Assembly (NCBI GenBank): GCA_000708835.1
Contig: DF237568.1
Span: forward strand, 1 to 50,570
DNA: 50,570 nucleotides
Origin: Klebsormidium nitens
Taxonomy: Eukaryota > Plantae > Klebsormidiophyceae
Reading direction: 5' to 3'
The notes under the pieces are model-generated. The model searched no databases, had not been told where the DNA came from, and worked only from the letters and a program-made list of their open reading frames with translations. The position numbers were made by a program, and so were the translations under genes. Each line of letters opens with the position of its first letter. Positions within the stretch are counted from its first letter, which is position 1. Positions 24,783 through 38,000 of this stretch are shown here, one piece after another.

Positions 24783-26763
24783 GACGACACTAGGTTGGCA
24801 CGGACAAATTTGCAGTCAAGATCTAGAGCGGAAAAGAGCTTCAAAAGCTGGGCTAGTCAGACATCACTCCCATTCAAGTCAAACTCTTGACGCTGATCAA
24901 GAGTTGCCTCGTAAACCGACGTTGATTGAGAGGTGCCTCGTAAACAGTTCAGAATCAAGTACGCTGCAGATCCATAGAGTTACCCTTGATGCTGGTAACA
25001 GCTAAGATGTTCCTAAACCTCTTGCAGACGCAGATCCACAAAAACCCTATGGCTGTGTAAGATTGAGAGGCTTGGAAGAACTGAATGCAACCCAGTCGGC
25101 TTTGCATTACGTGTCCTTGTGACTTACTTAAATCTTGAGCAACCTACTAACGTAACCAAGCGACCAAAGAACCTGACATGACAAAGCTACAATGCTCGCC
25201 AAGCTCCCACTAACATGGCAGTACCTATCCTAGGCGGTCCTGGGAAACCAAATCTGACCACCCCATGCACAAAACAGCTTGTCCCCTTGCTAGCTGCTGG
25301 TCCACTTGCGCAAGTTGAAGCAGGGAGTGTTCCTGCTTGGCGCTTAAAGGCTGTAAAACAAACAATTTCTGAATTCTGAACAGGAACTTGAATTGAAGTC
25401 CCGGCAAACAGGGGGATTGTCAGATATTGTGAGAGATACTTTGCAAAAGCTCACGTCAGCACAGTCTATAGCCTTACTATTAGGCCGCAGACTGCAGATC
25501 TAGGGCCTAACTGACGTCAGGCTCCGCACATCGGACGGTACTTCGATGTTTGCGGTGACGAACCCTTGTCATCGACGGTATACCGTCTTAGCGAGGCTTG
25601 CCAACCCTAGTAGCTTTGGCGCCAAAATGGACGGACAAGATATGCAGGGTTTAACTCTGCAGGCGACTCGCGATCGCGGCAAGAATCAGCGCGCGGCCGC
25701 CGCACCGTACGTCGGCCGGCCGCGGGCGGTCAGGTGTGGAACCGCGCGGCATGTTCAGCCTGCGGCATGTGACCGCGCGCCGCTCTCTTGCAAGAGGATG
25801 CTCTCATCTGGTACACTCATCTCGCGGCGGCTTTGCGAGGGTCAGACTATCTCACATGATTCGCGAGGTAATTCGAGTATAAGACGATGGTGTAACATGT
25901 GTCAGCATATAGGTAGTGCTCCAAATGTCCAAACGTGCAATCAAATTGCACTGTATTGCTGCGAAAAGAAGCAATTGTGCATGATGTATGAACGGAAACG
26001 TACTCGAGTTTCAAATTCAGATCCAAGTGCATGGTTGTAACACGATCTGATAATCTGATCTTGAGGATTGTTATCGCGGCCTGCCACCGTCAGGGCAAGG
26101 TACACCCTGGAAACTGAGGTTGGTTCGTGCAAGGTTCATTTTCTCGTCAAAGTTCGTGTTAGTATGCTATAAGACCTGGTACGTTCGGGTTGTTGCTACG
26201 TGCAGTGCCTCGAATGGATGAAAATCCATGATGCGAACGCAAACGGCCCCTCTTAAAGTGGAGCTCTTGTAGGTTATACTTCAAAACGTTCCTGACCGGA
26301 TTCATGCATTTCTAAGGTCTTCCACAACTAAAAGCATTACTCATGGGATTTGAATCGTGGGAGATACTATGATTATGAAAGTGTCCGAGAAGCGTCCGAA
26401 TCTGTGATACTGCAAACTTGGTTATAGACGAACGGCCTTGACTTCAATCGACCCTGTTCAAGGCTTTTGTTCGTTTCACAACCCTTGATCATGCAAGCTT
26501 CTAACGAATCTAACGTATTGAACAGCCGCTCTTTGCATCGTACATGTACGTAGAGATTGCGCTTTACGCCCCTTCCAGTTCTGTATATACGAGGAACGGC
26601 GGAACCCCAGCTTACCCAAATATCTATCAGCGCTTGTTATGTTTCATTCTATCCGGCTCATGCCTTTATGTATGGTACAGTTCCGCAATTGTAACTTGAA
26701 TGCAATGCTTACTCCCGTGCGCTCATGCGGGAATGGCTATGCTTCCCTATGCGGACGTGGCGT

Positions 26764-29700
26764 TTACGCCATGATCCGCTTTGGCAGCAGCTTTTGCTGC
26801 ACGTCCGCTGACGTGGGCATGTTTGACGCTCCCAGCGTGGCCGCCTCGCGTACTTGGAGACTGACGTCAGCCTGGCCCGCGCGCGACTCGGAATTATAAA
26901 CCTTTTTCCATTGCGCGACGAAGTCTTGGACGGTGGGATGGTCCATGTAAGGCGCAGCAGGGTCGAAGTTCCATGGCTTGGAACCCTGCCACGTGGCAAC
27001 AAGCCCAGAGAGTCAGCAACGCACGGTCGCGAAAATTTGCCTCGAACCGGGGTTGAAAGTTGGTTTACAACGCTCAAAAGGGGCGTATGAACCCAACGGA
27101 AAAAGAGGTCTACCTTTTAGAGTTGTACAAGAAAGACAGTCGGACTAAAAGGGACGTCAAGTTGAACTTGTCCTTTGACGAGCCTCTGATTTAAAGACGA
27201 AGTTATGAAGTCAGTACGAGTTTTCGCCATTTGCATCATTTGAATCGAAAATACGAACAACCAGATATGTTCAATAGACGTCCAAATTCAAGCGAAGGTG
27301 AAAGAAAGACCACGGACTAAGCCTACAGCGGGTTTCAGCGGACCAAGGTTGGACCGGCTCGCAGAATTCCTTAGTGCAGACTCTGACGACCGCCCAGAAG
27401 GCTCACTTTCGAGCGCCCGGGTTACGATAGGAACAAAATAAGACCGATCGATGCCCGTGAGATTATGCAACCTTTTGCAAGCTCATTTTGGACGCGCCCT
27501 CGGAGCTGCGATCCCGTCGCGCAGGCCAGAAGTACTGACAAGCCTTCAACCAGCTTTTCCTGCTATTCATCAGAGCGGAGACAACCCTCAATGAGATTGT
27601 CCATGCACCAATGAAAACGCGAAGAAGGCGACTTTCAGTTTGAAGGAGGAAAACTCGATGGCAGAAATTAGACGTGAGGAATTAACAAAAACTAGACGTG
27701 AGAAATTAAGATTACAGTGTGACTTTCTTAACACGCTCTCGTATTTCCCGTTTCTGTTTTTCAAGTGTCTCGCCCAGAATCTGCATTCTGTCATCTTCCT
27801 TTCAATGCCATGCACACAGCATGATTGCACAACAATCCAAATCTAGAAGGTCTCATTTCTTGTCCCCACCTTGGCGCAGTAGTGCACGTTCTTGACCTTC
27901 TTGACGTCGACGTTTTCCGGATGTTGCCAGAGCATGGCCAGCACCAGGTTGTAGCAGCTCGGGATCGGTCGGTAAACGGCCTCGAAGTAGCGGTTCAGAA
28001 AGTCCTGCTCTGCGAATGGCGTCGCGGGCCACTCCTCCATCTTCTGCAGCATGTCCCTGCAAGATGACGTCAGCAGAACGTCAGCGGAGGGATGAGCAAT
28101 TGAGAAGCCCTGTGACCTTCAACATGAGAGCGTCGAAAGGTGAGGAGCTCTAAGTGGAGTATCGACACGGTCTGGGGACGTAAGGCAGTCGCAAGAAAAT
28201 TTCATGGGTGCATGTTGCGATTGCACTCGCAGAAAGTGGTAAAGCAAACGAAGAACGATCCAGGGTGCCCTCGGAAGCGACACGTGTCACATGCTGGACC
28301 CAGTACAACTCTGTTCTCGCTATAGTTGCCCTACGACGTGCATTTCGGACACAGGCACAGCAGAAGGCTCACGTGCGGATCCTTCAACGGCAACAAACTC
28401 TGACAAAGTTGCTCAGAAGGAAAAAGAGATCAGGCCTGACGGCTCAACTTGAAGATGGTGGAGCTGGGCTCGAAGACAAACATGCCGGCGTTGAAGTAGG
28501 GGGCGGGCTTAGGCGCGTCTGCGGTCCAGGGCACCTTGTGTGGGGCCTGCTGGCAGTAGCCCAGCTGGTACTGCACTGTGTAGCTCCACGTGCCTGCGCC
28601 GTGCAGGATGACGTCAGCAACCGACTGATTTGGAATGGAGTATTCTGGACCAAATCCTTGCGGCAGGAAGATGTCAAAGGTCTCTACTTGATGGACAACT
28701 GTAAGGTCGGTACAAGCAGCTCTCAGATTCCAGATGAAAGGTTGTCCAATTGGCAGATGAACATCTTCGCAGTCCCAGGCAAGTCGAACGCGGAGAAAGG
28801 GTACAGTGGTAGACTCAGGTTGTGGGTACAGTAGCATCTGACCTCAAGACCGGAAAGCAAGCCCAGCGTCGAAGCCTGGAAAACCCGCTTTTCTGAATTT
28901 TGGAGTAGTTTTATGACTGGGAAGTAAAATCTTGCTTTTCGAAATAGGTTTTCTGACAAGTTAATCGTCCGCTCAACCTCACAGAAACAGTCCATGACGG
29001 CGCTCAAGGTCCCAGGGGGCCTGTCAAAGAGCTCGTCGATATTCTGGAAAAGGAGCATGTCGGCGTCCAGGTAGATCAGCTTGTCGTACTCCTCAAACTG
29101 CACACGTACACAAAGAAGGACCTGGGCCTCAGTGGCGTGTTGACCGCATTGCAAAAGTTTTTCGGTGTAAGTACTGGCGCCTCTGAAACCAAGACTAGTC
29201 TGAGCTGTTGATCTTTATTCATGTGTATTTAAGGCCCACCAGTCTTTTAGCCAGCCATCTATAACGCTTCAGGATCATATGCATGAAATCCACAAGCCTG
29301 CACACTCTAAAAGGTGCAACAGAGCATGGGGTTCAACTGCCTAATTTCAATACCTTAAACGGGAAATAGCTCCACACATCAAGACCTGTCAATCTGGGAA
29401 ACCCTTTATGCTTCAACCTCCCACTTAGAAATGTTACAGTGCAGATCCCACAAGAGAACCCCTGCCTCCTTTCATATTGCTTTCTTCCTAACCTGCCCTG
29501 CTTGCCAGAACAAAGCACCGAGTCAAGATATATCTTCAGAGTGATCTGTGATCCTGCAATTAAGCGCACACCCATCGAAACCAACACTATGAAAACACAC
29601 ATGACATATTGCAAAGTACGGGCCCCGAGGCAGAAAACCAATGCAAGTTTTAGAGACAAGCCCACGACCATAAGAGAAAAGCTGACATCACCTCTCATCC

Positions 29701-30617
29701 CCTGACCAGCCCGGTTCCACGCAGCTGGGTGTGTTGAGACAAGACGACTAGCATCTGCACAGCAATGCCACGTCAAGTTCTCGCACCGCCCTCGGGCTAG
29801 CCCACCCACGTTGAGCAAATGTTCAGAAAGTATAGGGTCCAACGTTGTTAAGTTGACTCTGTCAGCCAATTGGTTGCGGTTGCAGGTTCAGTCCTCTATA
29901 TTGCGCAACCACTCGATCAATGCATGGGAGCGGCATCACCATTGCTCTTTAACAACAGAAGGATGAGACACGAATCTCGCCCAAAATACAAGTAGAACAA
30001 TGTTGCAGGTTTGAAATGATGGGGCCTTGGCAGACTGAGAAGAGGCTTGTGCAGTTGATCATGCTACTGTGGGTGCCTAGGTCACAAATTTGAACAGTGG
30101 GCATGTTAGAAGGCCCCAGCCCACTAGATTGTCAGCAGATGAGTTCCTCCGATTAGTTTGTGACCAGACAAGATCTGCAATAAGGATTGCATTGTGCTGC
30201 CAAGATTGTCCAACTGCCTACAAACCCATAAAAGGTTGACAACTCAAGCCCATTCCTATCAAAGCATACATTCTGGTCTCATCAAAAGGTAATCAAGGTC
30301 CCACCCACCTGCCATATCCGCAGCTTGGTATAGTTCACCACATAGTAGTCGCACGCAAACTTGACGGCCCCCGCGCTCTTGGGCTTCACCTTTTCAATCT
30401 CCCGCACAATGCACCCCTCCCTCAAAAGCCAGTTCCTATGCGCTCCAGGCACACAATCTGTGACAGCCACAATCAGGGGGTACGAGCTCTGCACCGCCCT
30501 CAGACTTTTGGCCAGTGCCACCACCCCCTTCACATAGTCCCCCGCACCCATGAGAAAGGTGACATACGCACGGTGCTGCAGGCCCACCCGCCGCATCGTC
30601 CTTGCAAGATCGTCCAT
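26764..30617 (-). CDS. GolS: Galactinol synthase (GT8); 5 exons, ~325 aa
   Basis: Exons 30617(start uncertain)-30309, 29097-28983 (or 28978), 28593 (or 28624)-28449, 28056-27870, 26985-26764. Motifs RAYVTFL.G.GDYVKGVVALAKSLR, NYTKLRIWQF.EY, YLDADM (DxD), GYCQQ.P, YFNAGMFVFEP, FAEQDFLN, HYCAKGSKPW. Confidence 0.92.
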
Positions 30618-31918
30618 GATTATGAGCAGCTCATGGAGTGGTGCAGAGCACCGGGCTTGAGACAATGTTCCAAGGAGTGGTGTAAGTTGCTGACAGCTGG
30701 CAGCTCCCTGAACAGAATATTAGTATAATGCGCAATGCCGGTAGTGCTGCCCAAAAGGTAACCCAATGCTGCCTTCTATCTGCTGGCGCCGCTAAGGTGG
30801 TTGCTCAGCGAGCATCATGAGCTGTATCACTTGATATGTGCGCTTTAGAAAGTTTCGAACGTGCATTCTCTAGCTGCACGAGAACTCAAGAGTCAATGAC
30901 TTCAATGTCGGGGGGCCCGGCTTGGAATCTGGATTGACCTGCTCTCGAGTCTCGCGACTCTCTCCCCTGTCTTGAAGTTGAAGTTCTAGAAACACACTGG
31001 ATCCGGGGCTTCCGATGCCGTCCAAAAGCTGGCCACGCCCTATCGAACGCCCTACAAGTGGTACACGAGCACGTGGTCTGGACTTCAGAAGTGGCGTGAT
31101 CACAAGTTTTGGGATTCGCGTCGATCACCTTCCTGGGTTCAGCACTTGGATTCGACGAGAAAGCTGGTCGATACAACGGAATTCACTGAGGTCCGTATCC
31201 AGAGCGGGACCCTAGGTCTCTCGACGTCGAAACAGTCCTGGGATTCTCCTTTGATGGTTTACAGTAGGTGCATCATGGAGCCCTAATCATGTACTGAAAG
31301 GTTCAGAGTAGGCGAGTAAGGTACATGGAGTCCAGGACAGTACTGCTCAGGTTTGGGATGCGGGAATTGTGGGCAGCGGCACGCGCTGAGGATCATCAGC
31401 CCGATGCAACAGCAGCGCCGTGTGCAGCATTAATGCAGGAGCATACGAATCATGTGCAGCATGCGCATATGCAAAACGCTTGGGGGGCGAGGTGCAGACG
31501 GTTCATCAGTGAAGGCAAATCTCGGGTTCGATGCAAGGACTCATTGACATGTCGCTACTACGGCGTACACCAAGTGATTTTTGCCCCAGATGCAAATATA
31601 AGATGCTACTAGCTCTGCATGTTGTGGAGATGTTTGTGTCGGCGTTGCAACCCACATTTCGAAGCTGCCTGCTCCATTGAAAAGGGCGCACACAATCGGC
31701 CTCTTTGGGCTCTTTCGGCTTGCTGCCTGACATGCTGCATTTCGGGACGCGCGGGACATCAGTGCAATCACCATAATCAAGCCCGTTAAAAGCAGTAGGA
31801 CAGAAGTACTCCTAGCAACGCTGGTATCAATTTGGAGCTCAGCACTCCAACTTCGATTGGCAGCTACTTCGTACTCTGATCCTACCGGACAAACGCTGAC
31901 GTCATCAGTTGCACCTAA

Positions 31919-31980
31919 CTTCCTGCTGGTCCGAGTCTGAACATTGCAAGTTGCTTCCTGTTGGTCCGAGTCTGAACATT
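31919..31980. repeat. Two-copy direct repeat (27 bp, 35-bp period)
   Basis: CTTCCTG(C/T)TGGTCCGAGTCTGAACATT at 31919-31945 and 31954-31980, with one mismatch. Confidence 0.8.
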
Positions 31981-32097
31981 TATCCAAGCGGCTCAGCTTG
32001 TTTAAAGCAGCTCGCCCTTGCCCTTCCAACGAAATTTGCTTTGCGGGTTATTGAATGGCGTGTCATATTGAAACACGCTTTCTGCAGGCACGCCCCC

Positions 32098-35000
32098 TCA
32101 GATCCCACCGCCAGCTTCTCTACTTTCTACTGGCTCCAATTCTCCTCCATTGGCAGGATACCAGTTGGCTATCCGATCTACCCGGTCCGGAAACTCTGCC
32201 TCCCACTCTTCTCTCGTAAGTACTCCGCTGTGCGCCTTCCAGAACCGCCGGAAGTTGATCCGGCTGGGCTTCCAGTCGCGAGCGTCTCCAAAGAGGCGCT
32301 CTCCCGCGTATTGTCCACTTGTCAGCATGCGCCACTTGGCGATGGGCTCCACAGCAGGCGACACGTGGCTCTGCAGGGCACGCATGACGCACGCGACACG
32401 GCCATCGCCCCAGTATGTGCCGCGAAGCATGCGCCCCGCCTTGGTGACGTCCGGCTCGCGCGCAAATGCCGCTGCAAAAACATTGTTACAAATAAGTTGT
32501 TTGAATCTCGGGGCTCTTTCCGTCTGTCGTTTTTTGTCTTCGTATCAATGTAGGACCCCTGCTTGTCGACGGGCGAACGAATCACTTTTGTAAAACTGTG
32601 ATTGTTGTGTCTCGCCGTCTCTGACAAGTAGCGCTTGGCAAAGCGGCGCACAATTCAGGTCCGGTTGTGGACAACGAAAGATTGTTGTCAAAGAATCCTC
32701 CAACAAAGAATCCTCCTGAGGCGTTTCAGAATCGGACGAGATTAAACCAGCAGAGTACGAAACAACCTCCCTGTCCTTACATCAAGCTTTCGAGCAGTAG
32801 CCACAGCTGGTCAATTGCTTAGGCTTGAGCGACCTTTCAATTTGGTACTCGTCAATTGTTCCGAAGCCAAGCTGCTTTTGAATGCGCCGCCAAACCGCCT
32901 ACGAACAACCAATCGCACATCAATACAACATTTCTCCATTCGGAAATGTTCTCACCTGCAAACCGCCTGTGCTCCATCTCCGTGGCCATCCTAGTTCCGG
33001 CGTTTGCGAGCCGCCTCTCCTCACGGAAGATGACGTCCTCGCGCGCGCGCTTGATCTCGGCCTCGCAGTCAGCGGTGAACGGGCTCAGGTAGCGGCCGGC
33101 AGCAATCTCTTGACGCCTCACAGGGTTCTTCTGGTGCAGGTAGTTCTGATACAGCAGCCAGAAAGCTCGGCGGCCCTGGAAGGGGAAGTGAACAAAAAGC
33201 CTAAGACTGTGGCAATAAGGAGAGCGGGTTGCAGCTTTCTTCTCTCGCGCTTATGCTACAGAGCTTTGACGAACTTTCTACTGGGTAATGACGACCTTGA
33301 TGAGCAGACGAACATGTATTCTGAGGGAGAAGTACCTCATGACAACGGAATCCTCCTTTGTAACAAGCTAATCTAGCTTGTTGACCAGCAACTATCCTTT
33401 CGTACGGCCTCTCATATCTCCGTGGTTCGTTAGCCCACTATTCACACAAGTGCTTGAATGTAACCGGAAGAAAGAAGGCGGCCTTTGCTTGACTTTCCAC
33501 CGCATACAACGGGTGCAGTTCTGATTATCATCACAGGTTGCCTGACCGCAACCATATGCTCCTCGAATCTCGGTTCTTCTTAGCTCACCTCCGGAAAGAG
33601 TCGTCGAAATGTCAGCTCTCCCGTTGGCGCTTGAACCTCCCTCAAACCCGCGCCCGGCGACAGCAACCGCAGTAATCGCAGTGTCAAGGTCGCCCACTTG
33701 TCGAAAGCGTCCGTTGCGGCGGAGACAAGCTTCTTGGCCGCGGGAGTCAGCGTATCGTCGTCCCATGCGTTCGGTGTGGGCTTCCCAGCGCGCGGCGCAC
33801 CCTCCAGAATGGACTCGGAAGTCACACCGAAGACTTCCAGCAAGAAGCTGTCTTCGTTGACTGCACAAGTTCGGTGTTCTTAACTAGTCAGAAGCAACAG
33901 ATCGGTAACGAACAGGGGAATCCTGTTCCGACCGCTAAGCAGCTGTCGACTGTCCTCGGGCCAGGAGCAGGATCAATGCAAACAACCTCTCTCATAAGAC
34001 CAGTCTTTCCCCGCAGTCTCTCCTCGACGAAGCATAAAACGAATGCCTTCCTAGGTGCGTGATACGACTCTCACCGGAGTCTCCGCCCCCTGGCTGCACT
34101 CTTCTCGCCTCTTCTTCGGCGACAAGCTTCATGAGCTCCTCCAGCGGCAGGTCGCCCAGGTCTCCCGCCAGCTGGGCGACGTGCGCTTGCATCAGAAACA
34201 CGGCGGTGCTGGGCACGACGTCGAGCGTTCGTGCAGCCGGATCATCCAGGTAGGCAGTGACGCCAGCCACAACCTAAACAAGAGAGAAAAAGCTGCTGTT
34301 TTTGAAAAGCTTCCAGATTGATCTTCAAACAGCGGTATCGTTATGTCTGGCAACTGCCCGCAGTCGAGATTGAACTGCAAGCGAGTCTGGGTGAAGCGAC
34401 ACAAGCGCCTTACAATTGGTCGAAATTCTGTGGCGAATCTGTGACACCTGAGACGGTCGAACCCCTTCATAAGGATCATAAGAATGTGGGCTAAGCTTAG
34501 AGGACGATCTCCGTCATTCATTTTTTTTGACAAGACTCCGATCCGACCTCCGAATTCTGGTCGCGTTTCAAGACTCTTCGACATTCAAACCGTTGCCAAA
34601 TCAACCCACCTGATCCTTCATTGTGTATCGATAGTAGACGGCCAGGCACGTCTCCTGCAGCATCTTCCAGACGGCCTCGCCTCTCTCCGTGCCAGGTGGC
34701 AGCTGCTGGGCCGCCGCGGCGAGGACCAAGAAGGGGACGACACGTGCCTGCTCCCCGGTGAAGCCGAGTGGGTCGAGCGTGACCACCCATCCGAGAACTT
34801 CGCGCATCCGCTGCAGGGCGATCGCGCCGTGGGGGCCGCCGATGCACAGCGGCAGGATGGCGTTCACCTGTGGCGCACGTAGCTTAGTATTCTAACGTGA
34901 GACTGGGCCTTTGCGTAGACTGGAAATCTCTGAATGACAAAGATTTGAATGGTGGCGAGCAGAGGTTGCTTTAAGAGCTGAGCGATTGAAACGACTTGAA

Positions 35001-38000
35001 CTGAATTGTTGTATCAAAAAAGTTAGTCAACTTTTTCAAAACGGGCAGACACGAAGTTGTATTGGATCTGGTACCGGTACTGGATCTCTGATGATCTCGT
35101 AGCGTTTAGCAGTTGCAGCTTGGCTTGACCTGACGTCAGCTCCGGAAGACGTTATTCCGGAGACCTCATCGAGATAGCAAGCGCAGTGAACGCACAAAGT
35201 TAGACCAGCACGCAGCAATCACCTTTCTATCCACGACATCCAATCGGGCCCGACTCCGAGACGACGTTTCTTGTACTGAAAGGCGTTGCGGCTGACCTGC
35301 TCTCTGGCCGCCCCGACGAACACGTTCCCCGACGCGTCCCTGCTGAAGCCCCCGTGTATGGCCTGCTCGTTGCCGCCATACTGCACCGCCTCAAAGAACG
35401 CGTCGTCCGTTGCGAATGCGGACGTAATGATGGACCGGACCTGCCCAACCAACGGTGTGCATCTGAGAACTTGACAGGCTTCCAACTTTCTCACCGATAA
35501 AACGTTCTGGCCAGGTTACGTATGAACTCTCCAGTACACATTGTTGTGATGAACAGAAGAACTGCCCTGAATTTCTTTCGAGCGAGACGAGCCCCGGATC
35601 AAATTTCTTAACCGCGACCAGATGCTAGACATCCGACAACTTCTCAGCTTTCTCCGCTGACAGTAGATTGTGCTCAAAACCTCTGCACATATACTGAGCT
35701 CCTTACTAGATCAGACACAACACCTCTTCCCGTCAAGGATATGCGGGTGAAGCGCTGACGTGGCCTCAAATGGCTAGCGAGGGGTCCAAACTTTACGTTG
35801 GTGGTGTTGCCTCTGAAGCAACAGACCATTTGAGAACAGACTTCGGTGAGGAGCTCAGTTCCGGGCTACGACCGGTACCGCCCAAACGTCTTTCGTTGCT
35901 TCAAGTGTTGAGCATAAGTATTACGTCTTCCTTCCCTGCTGACCTGGATCATGTGCGGCCCGACCACAACGGCCGCCCGCGGGCGCTGCACGTACAGCAT
36001 GACGCAGAAGCAGGCGCCCTCCGCGGCCGCGTCCGCGAGGTCGCGCGCGGACAGCATGCAGCGGCCCAGGACGTCCGTCAGCTCCGCGTATTCCGCCCGG
36101 AAGTGGTCGACGTCCAGGGTACGCACCACCTCCTGCGGAAACCTCAGAAAAGGGTTTGCTCAACAGCCAATCAGGGACAAACTTGCGCGGATCTATTTCT
36201 GCTTACTACTGGGAGAGCAAGCTTGGTCGTGCGGAGCTTCGAGCACATTGCTCATGTTACGAGAAAAGCGAAGTGACCGCGAAGTGCCAAATATGCATCA
36301 AATGAACGATAACGGAACGCCGGAAAGAGGAAGAAAGAGGGAAAACGCAAGCCAAGAATGAATGAAGGGTTACCCCTGATTTAATTCAACTTTATGAAAG
36401 CAGATTGAGTCCTCCGCTTGCCGCTCCAAAACTCAACAGCTTCCCGGCCTTGAATGTACTTTGTTCCGATCATCATATCTAGTAGAAGTCTTCCTGATCA
36501 CACGACATGACACAGCCGTTGCTGGCAGCTTCCGACCGACCGTATCTGAGTACAATATTTAACCGTTCAACGTTCCGCTTTTCCGTGAATGAAACAAAAC
36601 TCCCACAGCTACTCACATCGACCTTCCCCTGCACGTCGTCTAGCAGGTCCACGTTTTCCAGCACCCTCTTGTTCAGCGCGCGCGCGAGGCGCGCGCTCCC
36701 GCGCAGGTCGTACGCCATGCTGGAGATCTGCGCGGCCTGCCCGCTTCGCAGGCCCTGCTTCTTCGCGGCGACCACCTGGGCCAGAAGACTGTCCAGGGTC
36801 GCCCTCAGCTCCACGAGCCGGGCGTGAACCCGCTGCTTCTGGCGGCGCGGCGCGTCCTTCAGCGCGCGGCTGCGCTCCATCTCGAGGGAGGCGCCGAGCT
36901 CCTGGGAGCAAAGGGAAGCTTTCCGTTGAAAAACGTCAGGTGGATGAACATTTTGGACGCGAACTTCTGATCAAAAGGAAAGTGCTGCTACTGCTGCGTG
37001 ATTATGGAACCGGAAGGCAATTACCAGCTGGCGCCTAGTCTCTTTGACCGAAAGCAGACTCAAACCCGCTCAATCATTGACCGCCAGCTTGTTGCGAGGG
37101 CTGATGACGTGAATCAGACGTGAGCCACCCATCTGCGGGAACCCGCAGATTTGACGTAACCGCACCCGGCCCAGCAGTAAGACGGAACTGTAGCAAGTTC
37201 TTGTCCATCATCCAATCCTCAACTGCTACCTCATTCCGTCACTGTCTTTCCAAAATGATCTGAATCCTTCCCCTCACCTCCAGCCTGGCTTGCGTTGCCT
37301 CGATGGTGACCTCGTCCTGGTTCTGGCTCAGCAACTGCGTCGCCGCGACCGCGTCCGCACAGATTTGTGCCACCACTAGTTCGGACGCCGCCTCCGCGCC
37401 CGCGGTTTCCGCTGACGTCACGTCGACGCATCTCTCGGCTGTCGAGTCGCCCATCTGGACGACCAAGCTCTCGATGGGGTCCGCCGGATTGTACAGCGCC
37501 ATTGCTCGGAACGTGGCGCACCCGGCGGCAGAGTCGAGGGGCTCCAGAGTAAGACGCTGCCACTTGCCACTGCAGTGAAAGAAAGCGACTATCTCGGTCA
37601 GAAGGTCATCAACGTTCAAGTACGGTTGAAAAGATGCTTCGGGAAAACAGTCTTTGAGTGTTCATCCAGAAGAGCAGATTGCAAGATTTGCATCAACGGT
37701 GACGGGTCGAAGCTGGGTCCGTTCAACGGTCTCGTTTCATTTCTGACCATTGCAATCATTTCATGCCTCCAAGCTTTAAAGAACTCATGCTGAACTAAAG
37801 ACAAAACAAAGTCCTAGGGTTCTCACCGATCTCCTTAGTCACTCAAGCTTTGCCAGTCTTCAAGCAGACGAAACGAGTAACTTTATAACTTCGTTATAAG
37901 CAGTCTCAAAGTCCGTCGACCTTCAAGCATTAGCGGACCCTACCTGGCCAGGTGGAGTAACGCGGCCAGTCCGCTGCCCAGCTGTCCGGCGACCTTCTTC

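Noticed and set aside
29333-29869. 178-aa minus ORF
   Set aside because: It lies wholly within GolS intron 1, has no motifs and lacks exon-like GC bias.
31070-31075. G-box/ABRE (CACGTG) upstream of GolS
   Set aside because: A single hexamer with no coupling element identified and an unknown TSS; expected by chance.
35219-35296. ORF tail VSRNAFQYKKRRLGVGPDWMSWIER as VWA coding sequence
   Set aside because: Using the later donor breaks phase with the next exon; the donor at 35297 gives in-frame REQ|VNAILPL.
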